NCBI RefSeq assembly: GCF_035084215.1
Contig: NC_090329.1
Coordinates: 62,372,001-62,436,000 of the forward strand
Direction: 5' to 3'
Source: Heptranchias perlo
Taxonomy: Eukaryota
Length of the DNA stretch: 64,000 nucleotides
Within the stretch, counting starts at the first letter, position 1, and each line of letters starts with the position of its first letter. This document shows, one piece after another, positions 38,001 to 52,300 of the stretch. A program made the position numbers and the translations under genes. The notes below the pieces were generated by a model that was given only the letters and a program-made list of their open reading frames with translations, was not told the origin of the DNA and searched no databases.

Positions 38001-39060
38001 CCTGACACACTCTGCTTGTCTTTACCCAAATCGCTACTCTACTCTACAGTCTTGACTTTTCTCTTTAGACTTATAAATTTACCCTTACCTGAAACCCCCT
38101 TCCCCTCCCCTTATTAGTTTAAAGCCCTATCTACTGCCCTAGTTGTTCGATTCGCCAGGACACTGGTTCCAGCCTGGTTTAAGTGGAGCCCGTCCTAATG
38201 GAACAGCTCCCTCTTTCTCCACTACTGATGCCAGTGTCCCATGAATTGAAAGCCACGCATTTAACCATCTAATCTGTTTGTCCCTATGCCAATTTGTGCG
38301 TGGCTCAGGTAGTAATCCAAAGATTATTACCTTTGAGGTTCTGCTTTTTAATTTGGACCCTAGCTCCTCAAACTCCCTCTGCAGAACCTCATTCCGACGG
38401 CTACCTGTGTTGTTGGTTCCTATGTGGACCACGACAACTTGATCCTCTCCCTCGTGCTTCAAGTTCTTTTCCAGCTGTGAGGCGATGTCCTTAACCATGG
38501 CACCGGGCTGGCAACACAGCCTTCGAGATTTCTGGACACTGCTGCAGAGAACAGTATCTATCCCTCTGACTGTACTATCCCCTAACACTACCACATTCCT
38601 TTTCGCTCCCCCCACTTGAATGGCCTCCTTTACCACGGTGCTGTGGTCAATTTGCCCATTCTCCCTGCAGTCTTTGTTCTCATCCACACAGGTAAACAAG
38701 TACTTTGTACCTGTTGGACAAGGGCAAAGGCTGAGGCTCCTCTACCACTGCATCTGAGGTCCCCTTACCTGCCTGACTCAGTCACATCCTCTTGTCCCTG
38801 ACCACTAACCAAATCTAAACCACTACCTAACCTAAGGGGTGTGACAGCCTCCTGGGTCAAAGTGTCCAGGTAACTCTTCCCCTCCCTGATGCATCGCAAT
38901 ATCTGCATCTCGGACTCCAGCTCAACAGCTCTGAGCCGAAGTTCCTTGAGTTGCAAACACTTACTGCAGATGTGGTTGCCTGGGATCACGCTGCTCTTCA
39001 CAAGCTCCCACATGCTACAGTTATGGCACACCACCTGCACTGTCATCTCTATCTAACCTT
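35085..39060 (-). mobile_element. Near full-length CR1 LINE with ORF1 and decayed ORF2
   Basis: ORF1 zinc-finger/zipper (CHNC..HICSKC, 38765..39046) and SGNH esterase (VLGDS, VHIGTNN, 38139..38699); ORF2 pieces 35145..37114. Confidence 0.95.
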
Positions 39061-39484
39061 GTTTTATTTATTTACTTAAAGTATTTATGTAATTACTTCA
39101 CTTGGTTTATTTTTAGTTATTTTTTAAAATTAATTAATTAATCTAGTTTTAGAATTAATTAATCTACACAGATCAGCCATGATCTTATTGAATGGCGGAG
39201 CAGGCTCGAGGGGCCGATTGGCCTACTCCTGCTTCTATTTCTTATGTTCTTATGTAGTTTAAATTATTAATTAATAAGTTATAGGTTCCTAGTTTAAACC
39301 ACTCCCTTGCAGCCGCTTACACTAACCAACACTTAACCAAAAAACGAAATACTTTTTTGTAACTTACTTTCGCCACTCTGCCTTGTATTGTGACGTCACT
39401 TTTTGATTTTTTTTTTCTGTCTGTTTCAGACTTACCAGGCTACTGGGGGGGATTCCCCCGCTTTCTCTGGGCTGCTCTCTCTCC

Positions 39485-40513
39485 GCTATCCAATTAGCCC
39501 CATTCCCCTGCTCTTTCCCCATAGCCTTGTAAATATTTTCTCTTCAAGTATTTATCCAATTCCCTTTTGAAAGTTACTATTGAATCTGCTTCCGCCACCC
39601 TTTCATGCAATGCATTCCAGATCATTACAACTCGCTGCGTAAAAAAATGTTTCCTCATGTCGCCTCTGGCTCTTTTGTTGATCACCTTAAATCTGTGTCC
39701 TCTGGTTACTGATCTTTTTGCCACTGGAAACAGTTTCTCCCTATTTACTCTATCAAAACCATTCATGATTTTGAACACCTCTAGCAAATCTCCCTTTAAC
39801 CTTCTCTATTCGAAGGAGAACAAGCCCAGCTCTCCACATAACTGAAGCCTCTCATCCCTGGCACCATTCTAGTAAATCTCTTCTACACCCTCTCTAAGAC
39901 CTTGACATCCTTCCTAAAGTGTGGTGCCCAGAATTGAACACAATACTCCAGCTGAGGCCTAACCAGTGTTTTATAAAGGTTTAGCATAACTTCCTTGCTT
40001 TTGAACTCTATGCCTGTATTAATAAAGCCCAGAATCCCATATGGTTTTTTAACAGCCTTCTTAACTTGTCCTGCCATCTTCAAAGATTTATGTATGTGCA
40101 CCCCCAGGTTTCTCTGTTCCTGCACCCCCATTAAAATTATACCATTCAGTTTATATTGGCTCTCCTCATTCTTCCTACCAAAATGCATCACTTCTCACTT
40201 CTCTGCGTTAAATTTCATCTGCCATGTGTCTGCCCATTTCACTAGTCTGCCTGTCCTCCTGAAGTCTGTTACTATCCTCCACACTGGTTACTACCTTTCC
40301 GAGTTTCATGTCATCTGCAAACTTTGAAATTATATCCTCTATCCCCAAGTCTCGGTCATTAATATATATCAAAAAGATCAGTGGTCCTAATACTGACCCC
40401 TGGGGAACACCACTCTATACTTCCCTCCAGTCTGAAAAACAGCCGTTCACAACTACTCTCTGCTTTCCATCCCCTAGCCAATTTTGTATCCACACCGCCA
40501 CTGTTCCTTTAAT
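39485..40513 (-). mobile_element. CR1 LINE 3' fragment
   Basis: ORFs 39494..39787, 39883..40191. Confidence 0.92.
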
Positions 40514-42519
40514 ATGTTGCAACTTTAGTATCTCAGAACAGTAGCTACAATATAAACACACTCTTGGATGTTTCTTGGAGCAGTCAATGCTAATGCATAT
40601 AATTGGAAATGATGGTGTTTGTAAAAGGACTTTGAGGATGTGGTATTGCATAAATGATATTTAGGAATGTAGGTTAAAAATAACATGAGTATATCATGCT
40701 GTTCAAAGTTGCAATAAAAGTGTTCCATGCATGCATCAGGGTCATGTTGATTTATCGGTCACTGTTGGTGTTCTGAAAGATATGCCAAACTCAATTTATA
40801 AATTTTCCAATGGTACTTTGGCAACTAGATTTCTGTGACCTTGCTGTTAAGATTAAAATGATTAATGGATCTTGTTTAATGAAAGTTTAAATGGAAAATG
40901 CCATTTGATCATACTTGTGTCTAACCATGCTGACATCGTTGATGCTCCTTCACAACCATTGAATGACCCAGTTTAACTAGCTAATAATAAAACCCTCAAA
41001 CATAGTAACTCCATTTTATTTTTATGCTTATACTATTTAAAAGCCTCTGTTTGCAGTTTTTATTTGGCTGATTTAAGATCTTGTGAGCTCCAGCACTATT
41101 TAACAGCAGGCATTTTGCCCTTGAGTTTTGATTTTTTTTCAAAGGGTATACATATCCTTAAGATTTATTCTTCGTGGACAGTCCTTTGACTTAGTACCTC
41201 AGACCTGTTAGATTGACTGTGGTTGGTGGAGGACCTGCTTCCAAGTTTCTATTAAAGCATCTCTATAACAAACTGCTAGGAGCTGTGGAAAAATGTTTTA
41301 TGGTTGTAACTCCAGTGCACTAAGCCAGTAGTTTGCCAAATTGTTGAATTATCTGAATAGCCTTTCTCACCTGGAAGGTTATTGAACTGCTATTTTTACG
41401 CGAACACGCCCCAGGGAGCATTTTGGTGTTTTGCAGCAGAGTTTATGATGTTGGCTTGTACATGCATTGAGTGTCTGACATTAAAATAGCACAGAAAAAT
41501 GTCATAAACTGCTCTGCTGACCGAACAGGGAGATGTGGGACACTGAGCATACAGTTGGAAAGGTCCCAGGTTTGATTCCCAGTATGAGCTGGATTAGCCA
41601 ATTTCAGCTGGGATATGTTTTTATCTTTCAGAGAATTAGGTGAAGGGCCAGGTTCCAGTTTGCAGGACATCAACAGTGGTGAAAGGAGTAGAAAAAAAAA
41701 GATGTAATTCAAGAGCAATCATGGACGTGTCATATAATTCTTGAATTTTAGAAGTTAGGTTGCAGGAGGATTATTATTCATGCGAGAATAAAATGCTTAT
41801 AGATTGTAGGAGGAAGGGAAGACAGGGTGGTAGTGCTGCACAGTTTTGTGGTCTTGGGAAAGAATGAGTTAAAGTAGGAAATGATGAGTCTTGACTTCAA
41901 TGACATTAGAACATCAGGGAGGAGAAAGGGTATAGAACAATATATTTAGAAATAAGGAGAAATAAAGAGCAAAGTTCAGAAGAACAGTGATAATAGTATC
42001 AATAAAATAAAGGCAAGAAAGGTTACAATTGTGAGAAAAGTCAGAGGCTAGATGTGAGAGAAAGATTGCCAATCAGTTGCCAGGCATTTGCTTGTATCCT
42101 GTCTGGGAGTGTGGGAATGGTGTGTGGAAAGACTCTGAAAATGTGGGAGCAGTGTTTGAGCCTGATGGACTAGAACTTTGTAAAACTGATTGAGGAAAAG
42201 AAGTGTTTGGCATGAAAAGGGAAACCAAGTTTCTTGGATGCAGCTTTAGCGATGGAGTGACGTGGGGGTTCCATTTGATGTCGTAGGAGATCGGATCAAA
42301 AATATTAATAGATGAAGAACTGAGGGTGGAGACATCAATGGTAATTAGAAAAGTAATGTAACAATTGATCTCAGCATCCCCAGCTGAAGGAAAAAACTTG
42401 CCCAGGGTTCTAGTTCCTGATCCCTGTCCAGTGTCACCTACTGAAATTTTCTGACTGTGGAAGTTTGTTGAAAAAAGGATCAGTTGACTTGATACTCAGA
42501 CTAAATCAGGCCATGGAAA

Positions 42520-43190
42520 ACCGTGGCATCCTGTTTGACCCACATCTGAGCTTCAAACCACACATTGTATCCATCGCCAAGATCACATACTTCCACCTCT
42601 GCAACGTTATCCATTTCTACCCCTACCTATACCAGTGAAATCCTTATTAATACTTTTGTCACCTCTACATTCAATTACCCCAATGCTGCCTTTGCTGGTA
42701 TCCCATTGTCCACTATCCAGAAACTCCAAATTGCCTAAAACCTGGCTGCCCGTATTCTGTCCTGCTTCCCATCATTCTGTCTCCCGATGCGTTAAATTAA
42801 AATCCTATCCCTCACCCTCAAATCTTGCCACAATCTCGTCTCACCCTGTTTGTACAACATCCTCTAGATGTAAATATTCTCCCACATCCTTCCGTCCTCG
42901 GTTTTTGTGCATTCCCGTTCCCCACCCCCCCTTCCTTTGGCCCACCCTTATAATGGCAAAGTCTTCATTTGCCTTGGCCCTTATTCTCGAACTCCCTCCT
43001 TAAACCCCTTTGCCTCTCCACTTCTCTTTTTTTTAAAAACCATCTCAATACCTATGTTTTCAACCAAGCTTTTGGCCACATCTACTAATCTCTCCCTCCA
43101 TAGCTCAGCGCCCATTTCGCTATTTCTAATGTGAAATGCCGTGTGCCTATTCATACATTAATGGCACTATATAAATGCAAGTTGTTGTCG
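42520..43190 (+). mobile_element. Old L2 LINE 3' remnant
   Basis: GILFDPHLSFKPHI-like peptide and L2 end gcactatataaatgcaagttgttg. Confidence 0.6.
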
Positions 43191-43444
43191 ACAACACACA
43201 CAAAAAGGACCACTTCTGCAAGGTACCAGACAACATGGCATGATTTACCATTTTCAGAAGATGGGTAAGAGAAGAAAATGTGGGTTAGGAGTGGGGTATA
43301 GTCATAATTGAACATGACCCACAATTCCTTGTTTGAGGACCCTAGTAGTCGAACATTATGTGGATGGTCACAATTTAATTTAGAATTAAATATCAGTTTT
43401 CTAGACTAAGATAATCTCAAGTTTATTATCGGTTAAGTTATGCT

Positions 43445-46252
43445 GGGCGCTAAATTGGGCTGTGTAGCGCCCGTTGTTTCGGCGCTACCCGGCCTCTCCG
43501 ACATCCAAAATGCATCTTGGATGCGCACTGACGTTTCCAGCGTGACATGTGCTGGACGCCATCTTGGTATAGGAGTTAGTGCAGGTGCAAATAACGAACG
43601 CTGGAATCGTGTAAAGTAGGGTGAAAATGGCTTCAATCAGTGTGCAACGCTGATTAAAAGTGATAGACACCATTTTGGGACTTAACGCTCAACTCAATGC
43701 ACAGTCTTAACCCCAACCACCTGAACGTGTCTTAGTGTGCCTGGAGGACCCCCCACCAGCGCTATTTAAAGGGACCGTGCAGGATTTACAGGTTAGTGGC
43801 TGGATTATTGCTTCCAGCTGCCGAGACATTTGTAACTGTTTTTGGAGGTCTCCTAGACTTCAATACTAGGACGCGGGGACATAGCCTAACATTTAGAGCC
43901 AGGACGTGCAGGAGTGTTAGAAAATGCTTCTACACGCAAAGACGTTTGGAACGCTCTTCTGCAAACGGCAGTTGATGCTAGCTCACTTGTGAATGTTAAA
44001 TCTGAGATTGATAGATTTCTGTGAACCAAGGGTATTAAGGGATATGGATCTAAGACGGGTATATGGATTTAGGTCACAGGTCCACCATGATCTCATTGAA
44101 TGGTGGAACAGGCTCGAGGGGCTAAATGCCACTGCCACTTGCTGCCTCCTGATATGCGCCACCTTCTCCTGCAAGAAAGTGGGACGTGTGTCTGGGTGAT
44201 GTACCTGTCATGGTTGAATAGCTGCCAGTGTGTTTGGCCTGTGAGTTGTGAGTGGGCGGCTTGCAACAGTGGTAATGTGTAAGGGTGAGAGGAAGCATCT
44301 GGTTGGAAGAGTTGAGCACTGATGGAAAGAGTTTGTTGGTATGTGGGTGATGGAGGGTGTAGTGCATGGTGCAGTTGGTAGGAGACGTCACTTGACCGTT
44401 GGCCTCACTCACCTTGACCATTCATGTCAAAGCATTCAACTTCTTCTTGCACTGCATCCATGTTCATGATGCTGTGCGCCTGGCATTGACTTCGTTCCCC
44501 GTTGCCTCCCACTGCCTTTTGGATATATGTCTACCAGGCCTCTTGCCCCCCCCTTCCCCCGCGGATATAGGATGTCCCCCCTGCTATCCACCTCTTGCAC
44601 CAAGGTCTCTCGTGCATCAGCAGAGAACCTTGGTGCATGCACTCTCACAGGCCTGGCACCAACTCAGATCGGCAGTTCGGGAGGCCTGGCGTGCAGATTG
44701 GAGGACGTGGGATTTAGTAATGTGCAACTTTTATTCAATATTTTAACATAACTCATCAGTTTGTAAACATAGGGATGGGACCGGCATCTGTGTTTTACGT
44801 GTGCGATGCCTGAGCTCTGTTCAGACTCCGTGCAGACAGTAGACTGTTATTTTCAGCAAAAAACAGGTACCAGCGACCTTTAAGAGATTTCTAAAAAAAC
44901 ATCCTTCCTTTAAGAGAGATGCTTTTGACAAGGTCCCACATGGCAGATTGGTCAAAAAAGTAAAGGCCCACGGAATCCAAAGGAATGTGGCAAATTGGGT
45001 CCAAAATTGGCTCAGTGGCAGGAAGCAAAGGGTAATGGTCGACGGGTGTTTTTGCGACTGGAAGGCTGTTTCCAGTGGGGTGCCGCAGGGCTCAGTACTA
45101 GGTCCTTTGCTTTTTGTGATATACGCCAATGATTTGGACTTAAACGTAGGGGGCATGATTAAGAAATTTGCAGATGTCACAAAGATAGTCCGTGTGGTTG
45201 ATAGTGAGGAGGAAAGCTGTAGACTGCAGGAAGATATCAATGGACTGGTCAGATGGGCAGAAATGTGACAAATGGATTTCAATCCGAAGAAATGTGCGGT
45301 AATGCATTTGGGGAGAGCAAACAAGGCAAGGGAACACACAATAAATGGGAGGAAGTGAGGGACCTTGGAGTGCATGTCCACAGATCCCTGAAGGTAGCAG
45401 GACAGGTAGGTAAGCAGGCATATGGAATACTTTCCTTTATTAGCCGAGGCATAGAATATAAAAGCAGAGATGTTATGCTGGAACTGTATAAAACACTAGT
45501 TAGGCCACAGCTTGAGTACTGCACACAGTTCTGGTCACCACATTACAGGAAGGATATAATTGCACTAGAGAGGGTACAGAGGAGATTTACGAGGATGTTG
45601 CCAGGACTGGAGAATTTTAGCTATGATGACAGATTGGATAGGCTGGGGTTGTTTTCCTTGGAACAGAGGAGGCAGAGGGGTGATTTGATTAAGGTGTACA
45701 AAATTATGAGGGGCCGAGATAGAGTGGATAGGAAGGACCTATTTCCCTTAGCAGAGGAGTCAATAACCAGGGGGCATAAATTTAAAATGATTGGTAGAAG
45801 GATTAGAGTGGAAATGAGGAAAGAATTTTTCGCCCAGAGAGTGGTGGGGGTCCGGAACTCAATGCCTGAGAGGGTGGTGGAGGCAGGAACCCTCAACTCA
45901 TTTAAAAAATACCTGGATGTGCACCTGAAGAGCCATGACCTGCAGGGCTACGGATCAAATGCGGGAAAGTGGGATTAGGCTGGGTTCTCGGATGGCGCGG
46001 ACACGATGGGCTGAATGGCCTCCTATGCTGTAAATTTTCTATGATTCTAAGAAATTGAACTCCCCGTGGTGGTGGAAAGTTCGAATTGCATTGATTCCAT
46101 GTGCAGGGTCTGGAATGGAACGCAGATTGCAGGTGAGTTCTCGGGTGGGCTGATACTTGCGTCCTGCCTGCGCATGGGGTCATTGGGCGCAGGGTAATAG
46201 CACATCATGCTACCTGCGCCCAAAAACGGCCCCTATCAATTTTTTTCCCCCC
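43445..46252 (-). mobile_element. Composite Harbinger-derived element with Myb/SANT-like ORF remnant and CR1 insertions
   Basis: ORF 44436..44648 RVHAPRFSADARETLVQEVDSRGDILYP continues after a frameshift to WMQCKKKLN; GC-rich termini with weak GGG..AAATTG inverted match. Confidence 0.55.
44921..46049 (+). mobile_element. CR1 LINE, 5'-truncated
   Basis: ORFs 44948..45268 (SGVPQGSVLGPLLF) and 45253..45978; ATTCTATG-type tail. Confidence 0.92.
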
Positions 46253-47204
46253 TCAGAGTCATTAGTTTAAGATACTGTTTAAGGTACCTCTACTGTTTGT
46301 CCCACCCGTACCAAAACTTTCTTCTGAATACAAGATTGTGTTATTAGCTGGCACTATTTTAAAGATACCTGTTTTAGGTTGTTGCTTAGTGTTTTTTTTA
46401 TTACTGACAGTATATGATTAAAAATATGTTTAGTCAGCTAAGAATTAGAATATACATTTTATGTGCTAAAATAAATGTGGTCCTGTATCCACTTTTATTT
46501 GTCTGGAACATAGTTTGCAAAGCCAAAATGTCTGCATTGTATCCGAATCCTGGAAGAGTGACATGCCCTTTGTTGTATTTTCTAAACGTCAAGCAAAATA
46601 TTAACTGCATATCAAATTTCATTACTGTTCTACTGAGCGGATGAATTCCATGGTCCATGAAATCTTTGTAATAAAATTGGTATTTACATTGGGGAGGGAG
46701 AGACTCAGTTTCCTACCATTTCCAGTTGGTATTATAACAGTAATATACTTAATTCTGTTAATCCCAGATGTTAATGTTAGTGTAAATGGATTTACTAAAT
46801 GTTCTCGGTCTGAGATTTGACACAGCACACAGATTCATAAGGACTGACTTATTTTTCAGTGTTTATTATTGGTTCGTTTGATATGGTGTTTGGGACTTTA
46901 ACTGCAGTTTTTTTATACTGAATACTCTTCTTCCCCTTGCATATCCCAGAAATACTGATTTTAGATTGTCCCAGATTACATTCTTTTAAAAACTCAAAGA
47001 TATTGTAACCAGTATCTCTCCTTGCATTCCCCTCGTGCAATTGTTTTGATTCTGGTTTTGAAGATCTTCAAAGATCTGGTTTCAGTTACACTGGTTTCTT
47101 TCATTCACGTGCTCCCTGAATGTTTTTGACCTAATCTTCTAGAATAATTTTGGCACCTAAAATATAGTGATTGAGAAAACCATTTTTTCTTTTTCTCCCC
47201 TTGA

Positions 47205-47429
<225 letters not shown>

Positions 47430-48070
47430 TAGCATGTTTTGTGAGCAAATGTCCCTGCTTTCTTTGGGCAGAATCCCACTGTGAGGGACATGTGCATAGA
47501 TATTATTAAGCTTAGTATTAGACTTATTTTAGAATAAAGTTCACTTCATTTGTACTTTATGCTATATAGCTGGACTGTGGCTGATATGAGTGCCTTATAT
47601 TATATCATTTTAGTTTCTGGGGTTATTCTTCTGCCTTTATTTATGAGGACTAGTTCATTGTATTACTTGTGGAAGAAAATTAAACAGTTTTCTGGAGCAC
47701 ATTGCATTATTTTCTTAATGCAGATGACCATAGTTTTTTTGTAGTATGGATAAATTTTCACAAATTCTGGACTTCCTCTCATTGTGCTCATTGCCTTGCA
47801 GCATCTGAGGATAGTTGTGGCTGCAGGATGATGTCTGAATACGAGGGGAAAAACATTTTTAAAAATTAGCTTGCTTCACCCACAGCTACTGTTGTACTTG
47901 GAGTATTAAGCAACATGAACTGACAGCTGTGAAAATGATTGTCGTTTAAATGACTTATTACAAATGCACTAGTTAATCCATAGATCATGGAAGCATGACT
48001 CAGCCTTCTTTCAATAATCATAGTGGGAGTACTGTAGTTTGAATAAAATATGCTGTCCTTTAGACTTCAA

Positions 48071-48493
48071 TTATGTGGAGAGACTGGAGAAGCTGGGGTT
48101 GTTCTTAGAACAGAGAAGGTTAAGGGAAGATTTGATAGAGGTGTTCAAAATCATGAACGGTTTTGAAGAGTAAATAAGGATGGCAGTGGCAGAAGGACCG
48201 GTAACCAGAGGACACAGATTTAAGGTGATTGGCAAAAGAGCCAGAGGCGACATGAGGAAACATTTTTTAACGCAGCGAGTTGTAATGATCTGGAATGCAC
48301 TGCCTAAAAAGGTGGTGGAAGCAGATTCAATAGTAACTTTCAAAAGGGAATTGGATAAATACTGAAGGGAAAAAAATTACAGGGCTATTGGGAAAGAGCA
48401 AGGGAATGGGGCTAATTGGATAGCTCTTTCAACGAGGCAGCACTGGCACGATGGGCCGAATGGCCTTCTCCTGTGTTGGACCTACTGTGATAC
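48071..48493 (+). mobile_element. CR1 3' fragment
   Basis: ORF 48180..48365 VTRGHRFKVIGKRARGDMRKHFLTQRVV. Confidence 0.9.
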
Positions 48494-49087
48494 TTCCTCT
48501 TTAAGTATGGTTTCAAACAGGTTGCAAATGCACGTCCTCGCATCTATGGACAATTTTTCTTAAAAAGAAATGAAATATTTTTTTTAAAAATGCAAACTAT
48601 ATAAATATAAAATAACTTGTAATCATTTTTCTGCCTACAATAGCCTAAACATTGCCTGTAAGAGGGGTATTCACCCATGAGAGATATTTTAAAGTACTTT
48701 TTTCATCCATTTTTTTCTTCTGTGCTGAAACAAACTTACATCACAGGGTTACATTTAAAATGGATAAAAATACATTTTAACAAAATATATTATTTAATGA
48801 AATAAAAAGTAAGTATCACAAACCCACTCCAGAGTAGGTTAAGATTGGCATTATTCTGGTGCTTCCTTTTATGTAATTTTAAAGAACAACAAACATTTGC
48901 TAACCTTTATGTATCGGCAGGCTTCAGGATTAGTCTGATCAACCTCAGTTTCCTGACTTGCACACTAATTTGCCTTAATTTTTCTAACTTTGGCATCCAT
49001 CGGACTGTATATCAAATGTAATTTCTAATCAAATGGGACTGGGAGTGGCAACCTTAATGGTAAATTGATAATCTACGTGTCTATTAA

Positions 49088-49321
<234 letters not shown>

Positions 49322-50109
49322 TAAGTCACGGCAAAAATACTAAATCATAATTATTCTTAATGTCTACTTTTGCTGTATTTCTGTTATGAAGCCAATTGCT
49401 TACTGCATGAAAATGTACATACTGTGCATCTCTTTCTTCACTACGTAGTGCTTTTTATTTGTGTATATATCAAGATGTTACAGTTTGGACCTTCTCCCAA
49501 CACTTTAAAGTTCTTCACACAGTAAAATGGCAGTTCCCATAAGCAGTCTCTTTTGAGTTGGAATAAAGGTGTTTTCATATATGTGCGTGAATAAGGTAGT
49601 GTGCACAGGACTCGCGCTGCACTTGTGATATTGGACACTAGAGATTGCCCATGACATTCTCATTACTCCTTTGAAAGATAGAAAGTACAAGCCACTCAGA
49701 TCAATATGCACAGGTTAAAACTAATAAACATATTTACAGGTAGAACAGTAAATCAAACCAGTAAAACATGGAAAGCTACTCAAAGTAATACTTAAAACAG
49801 TGGAGAGAATCAGTCCACAAGGGGTTAATATGCCCTTTCAGAACATATTACACAGCTTGATGAGCAATAGGATCATTGAAAGAAATTGTCTTCCATAGAC
49901 CGTCACGTTGTGGAGTTGCTCATGGATGATGTAAGTTTCAGATTTCTGGACAGAACTATAGCTGGGTAAGCAGATGGTTAGATGTAGGGCGGTAAGTAGT
50001 TGGAAAGGATGGAAGAGTCAAGGGTGGGTTCTGGATGAGGGATGTGATAACGGCACTTTTGAGGGGTGAGGATTGTACAGAAGGGTGGATACAGGTTGCA
50101 TAAGAAAGT

Positions 50110-50810
50110 ATAGGATCGTTAAAGACTCTGCAACCCGTGCACTCCCTCAAATATTTATCTAATTCGCCCTTAATTTTTTCCACACTATCTGCCTCCCTGA
50201 GCTGTCTGTTTCATATGTTCACCATCCCTGTGTAAAGTCATTAAGTCCAAACTGACCGTTCCTCTTCTAAGTTTGAGCCCATGTTCCTTGGTCGTAGAGT
50301 TTGTGACGATCATAAACATATTATTTATCTATTCCCTTAAGGATTTTAACTACTTGAATAATATCTTACCGTAGCTTTCTCCTCTTTGGGTAAACAGCCC
50401 ATTCTCTTTAACTTCTCCTCTTAGCTCAGATGACTTCAGCTAAGTATCTATTTGATTGCCCTTTCCTGTATCTTGCTGTAGTACACAGTACTCCAGGAGT
50501 GGTTGTACCAGTGCTCTGTACAGACTTATCGGTAAAGGCTTTGAACTTGCAGCCTGAATGTAAAACCAGCGATGCTGATCAGCCCCTTGTTTTAGAAACG
50601 GCCCAATTTTCAAGATTCGGTGAGCTTTCCTTACTGTTGCTATGCACTGCGCTGTAGGCTTCAATGAACTATTCACCAGATCTCAAAGATCCCTCTCCTG
50701 TGTTGCGTCCTATAGTCTAAAACCATTTAATATATATTCTCACTGTTTATTTCCCTTTCCGAGTCTCATTATCATGAATTTTTCCCGATTGGAATGATGT
50801 TGGCAAGTAT
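50110..50810 (-). mobile_element. Old CR1 remnant
   Basis: SLYRALVQPLLEYC motif in ORF 50440..50676. Confidence 0.6.
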
Positions 50811-51799
50811 GGGGCTGAAGAGGTAAAGTTGGGAGGTCAGGATCTGGGATCAGAGATCAAAGGAACAGCTTGAAGGCTTCTTGGACAATATGGGTGTGCT
50901 GAGGAGGAGATTGGGAAGAAACAGCAGAGAACAGGACTGGAGAGGCTCCTTTGGGTGGAGGACAAGAGGGGGATTGAGGGATAGTCCGAGGAGCCGGTGG
51001 CAACTGCCCCTTGGTTTTGAACACAAAAGTAATTTTAGGATTAGCGTTAATCATGTGATGCATTATTAGTGCGCTGCTCCCATCTAATTTTGCACGCTCA
51101 GCTTCATTTACATAATGTGATTAAGCTCTCCAGCCACTGGTCCTGAAATTGTGAGTTTAGCATTGGGACAGGGGTGAAAATAGGTTTAAAAAAATCGTGA
51201 TGCAGCTCATAAAAGTCTGCTTAGAAGGGGTGTTGAATAATTTTAAAGGGATGAGGCCACTTAAAGTTAAACAAGCATTTGGGGGATTAGAGCGTTGGTG
51301 ATTTTTACGAAGCCTTCTAGTATTTATAATGTACATTTCAGCCTTTGCAAATGCGGTTTGGGTAGTATAAATGCCCAGCAAAACCCAGTGAGTGGCACAA
51401 TAAAAGTGGAGACACAATACCAAGTTTATGACCAAGGGATGGAGTGGCGGAAAGCTCTGTTTGATGACTACAAAATGGAGTTGTTACAAAATGAAGTGGT
51501 TGCTAGGCGGTTGGCCCTGCTTGCCAGTCAGGGAACCCTGTTTAGAGGCAACATTGAAGTATGCCTGGATGCAGATGACTTGAGGTGTATTTGGCTATTG
51601 CTGTCAGTGGAGGTGGCTGTTTACCAGGAGGAATAGTGGGAATGGGAGACTGTCTAAGATTTAGTGAAGACAAGAGTGTGAAAGGAGACAGCCCAACAGC
51701 AAGGTTGACAGCAATGCTAATTACATCATGACTGGAAGGCCGATGTCCTGGGATGTTTGAATATGACACTGCACTTGTGAGGAGTTAGGGGTGTGATTG

Positions 51800-52300
51800 T
51801 TTCCAGGGTCAGAAGTTGATCATGAAAGGGTTTGAGGCAGGCAATAAAATAGGTAGGAGGAGGAAGATGAAGTGATAGGAGAGAGCCCTATTGTTGATGA
51901 AGACTTGAGGTTTAGTGTCCACATATGTTGTCAGGGTCCAGGGGATGAATGCTTGGGAAATAAGAAAGGCACAGAAGTCTGCTGAGAGCAAGGTTGAACT
52001 AAGATGGAGGTTGAAATTGCTGAGGATAAGGAGCTGCTTGGTGCAGCAACAGAGGGCAGACAGAAAGGAGAATTTGGCGAGGAAGATGCAGGGGCTGGGG
52101 ATAGTAGACAAGGAGGATCTTGAAGGAGGGATGCAAAGGAGGGAAATATCCCTAGGTGGATAAGGAGCCAGAGGAGAAGGAGATGGAAAGGAGGCAAAAG
52201 AGATTAAACTCCAGGGTAAGTTATCAGACCTGAAAAGCATCAGGAACGAGGAATTAATTTAGGATTTCAGTTGTACATCAATATTGAAGCAGGAATGGTA
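51800..52300 (-). mobile_element. Old L2-type LINE endonuclease remnant
   Basis: LLILSNFNLH (GDFN-like motif) in ORF 51809..52240. Confidence 0.4.

Noticed and set aside
51038-51130. Weak hairpin in intron 6
   Set aside because: Many mismatches; compatible with a decayed MITE or chance
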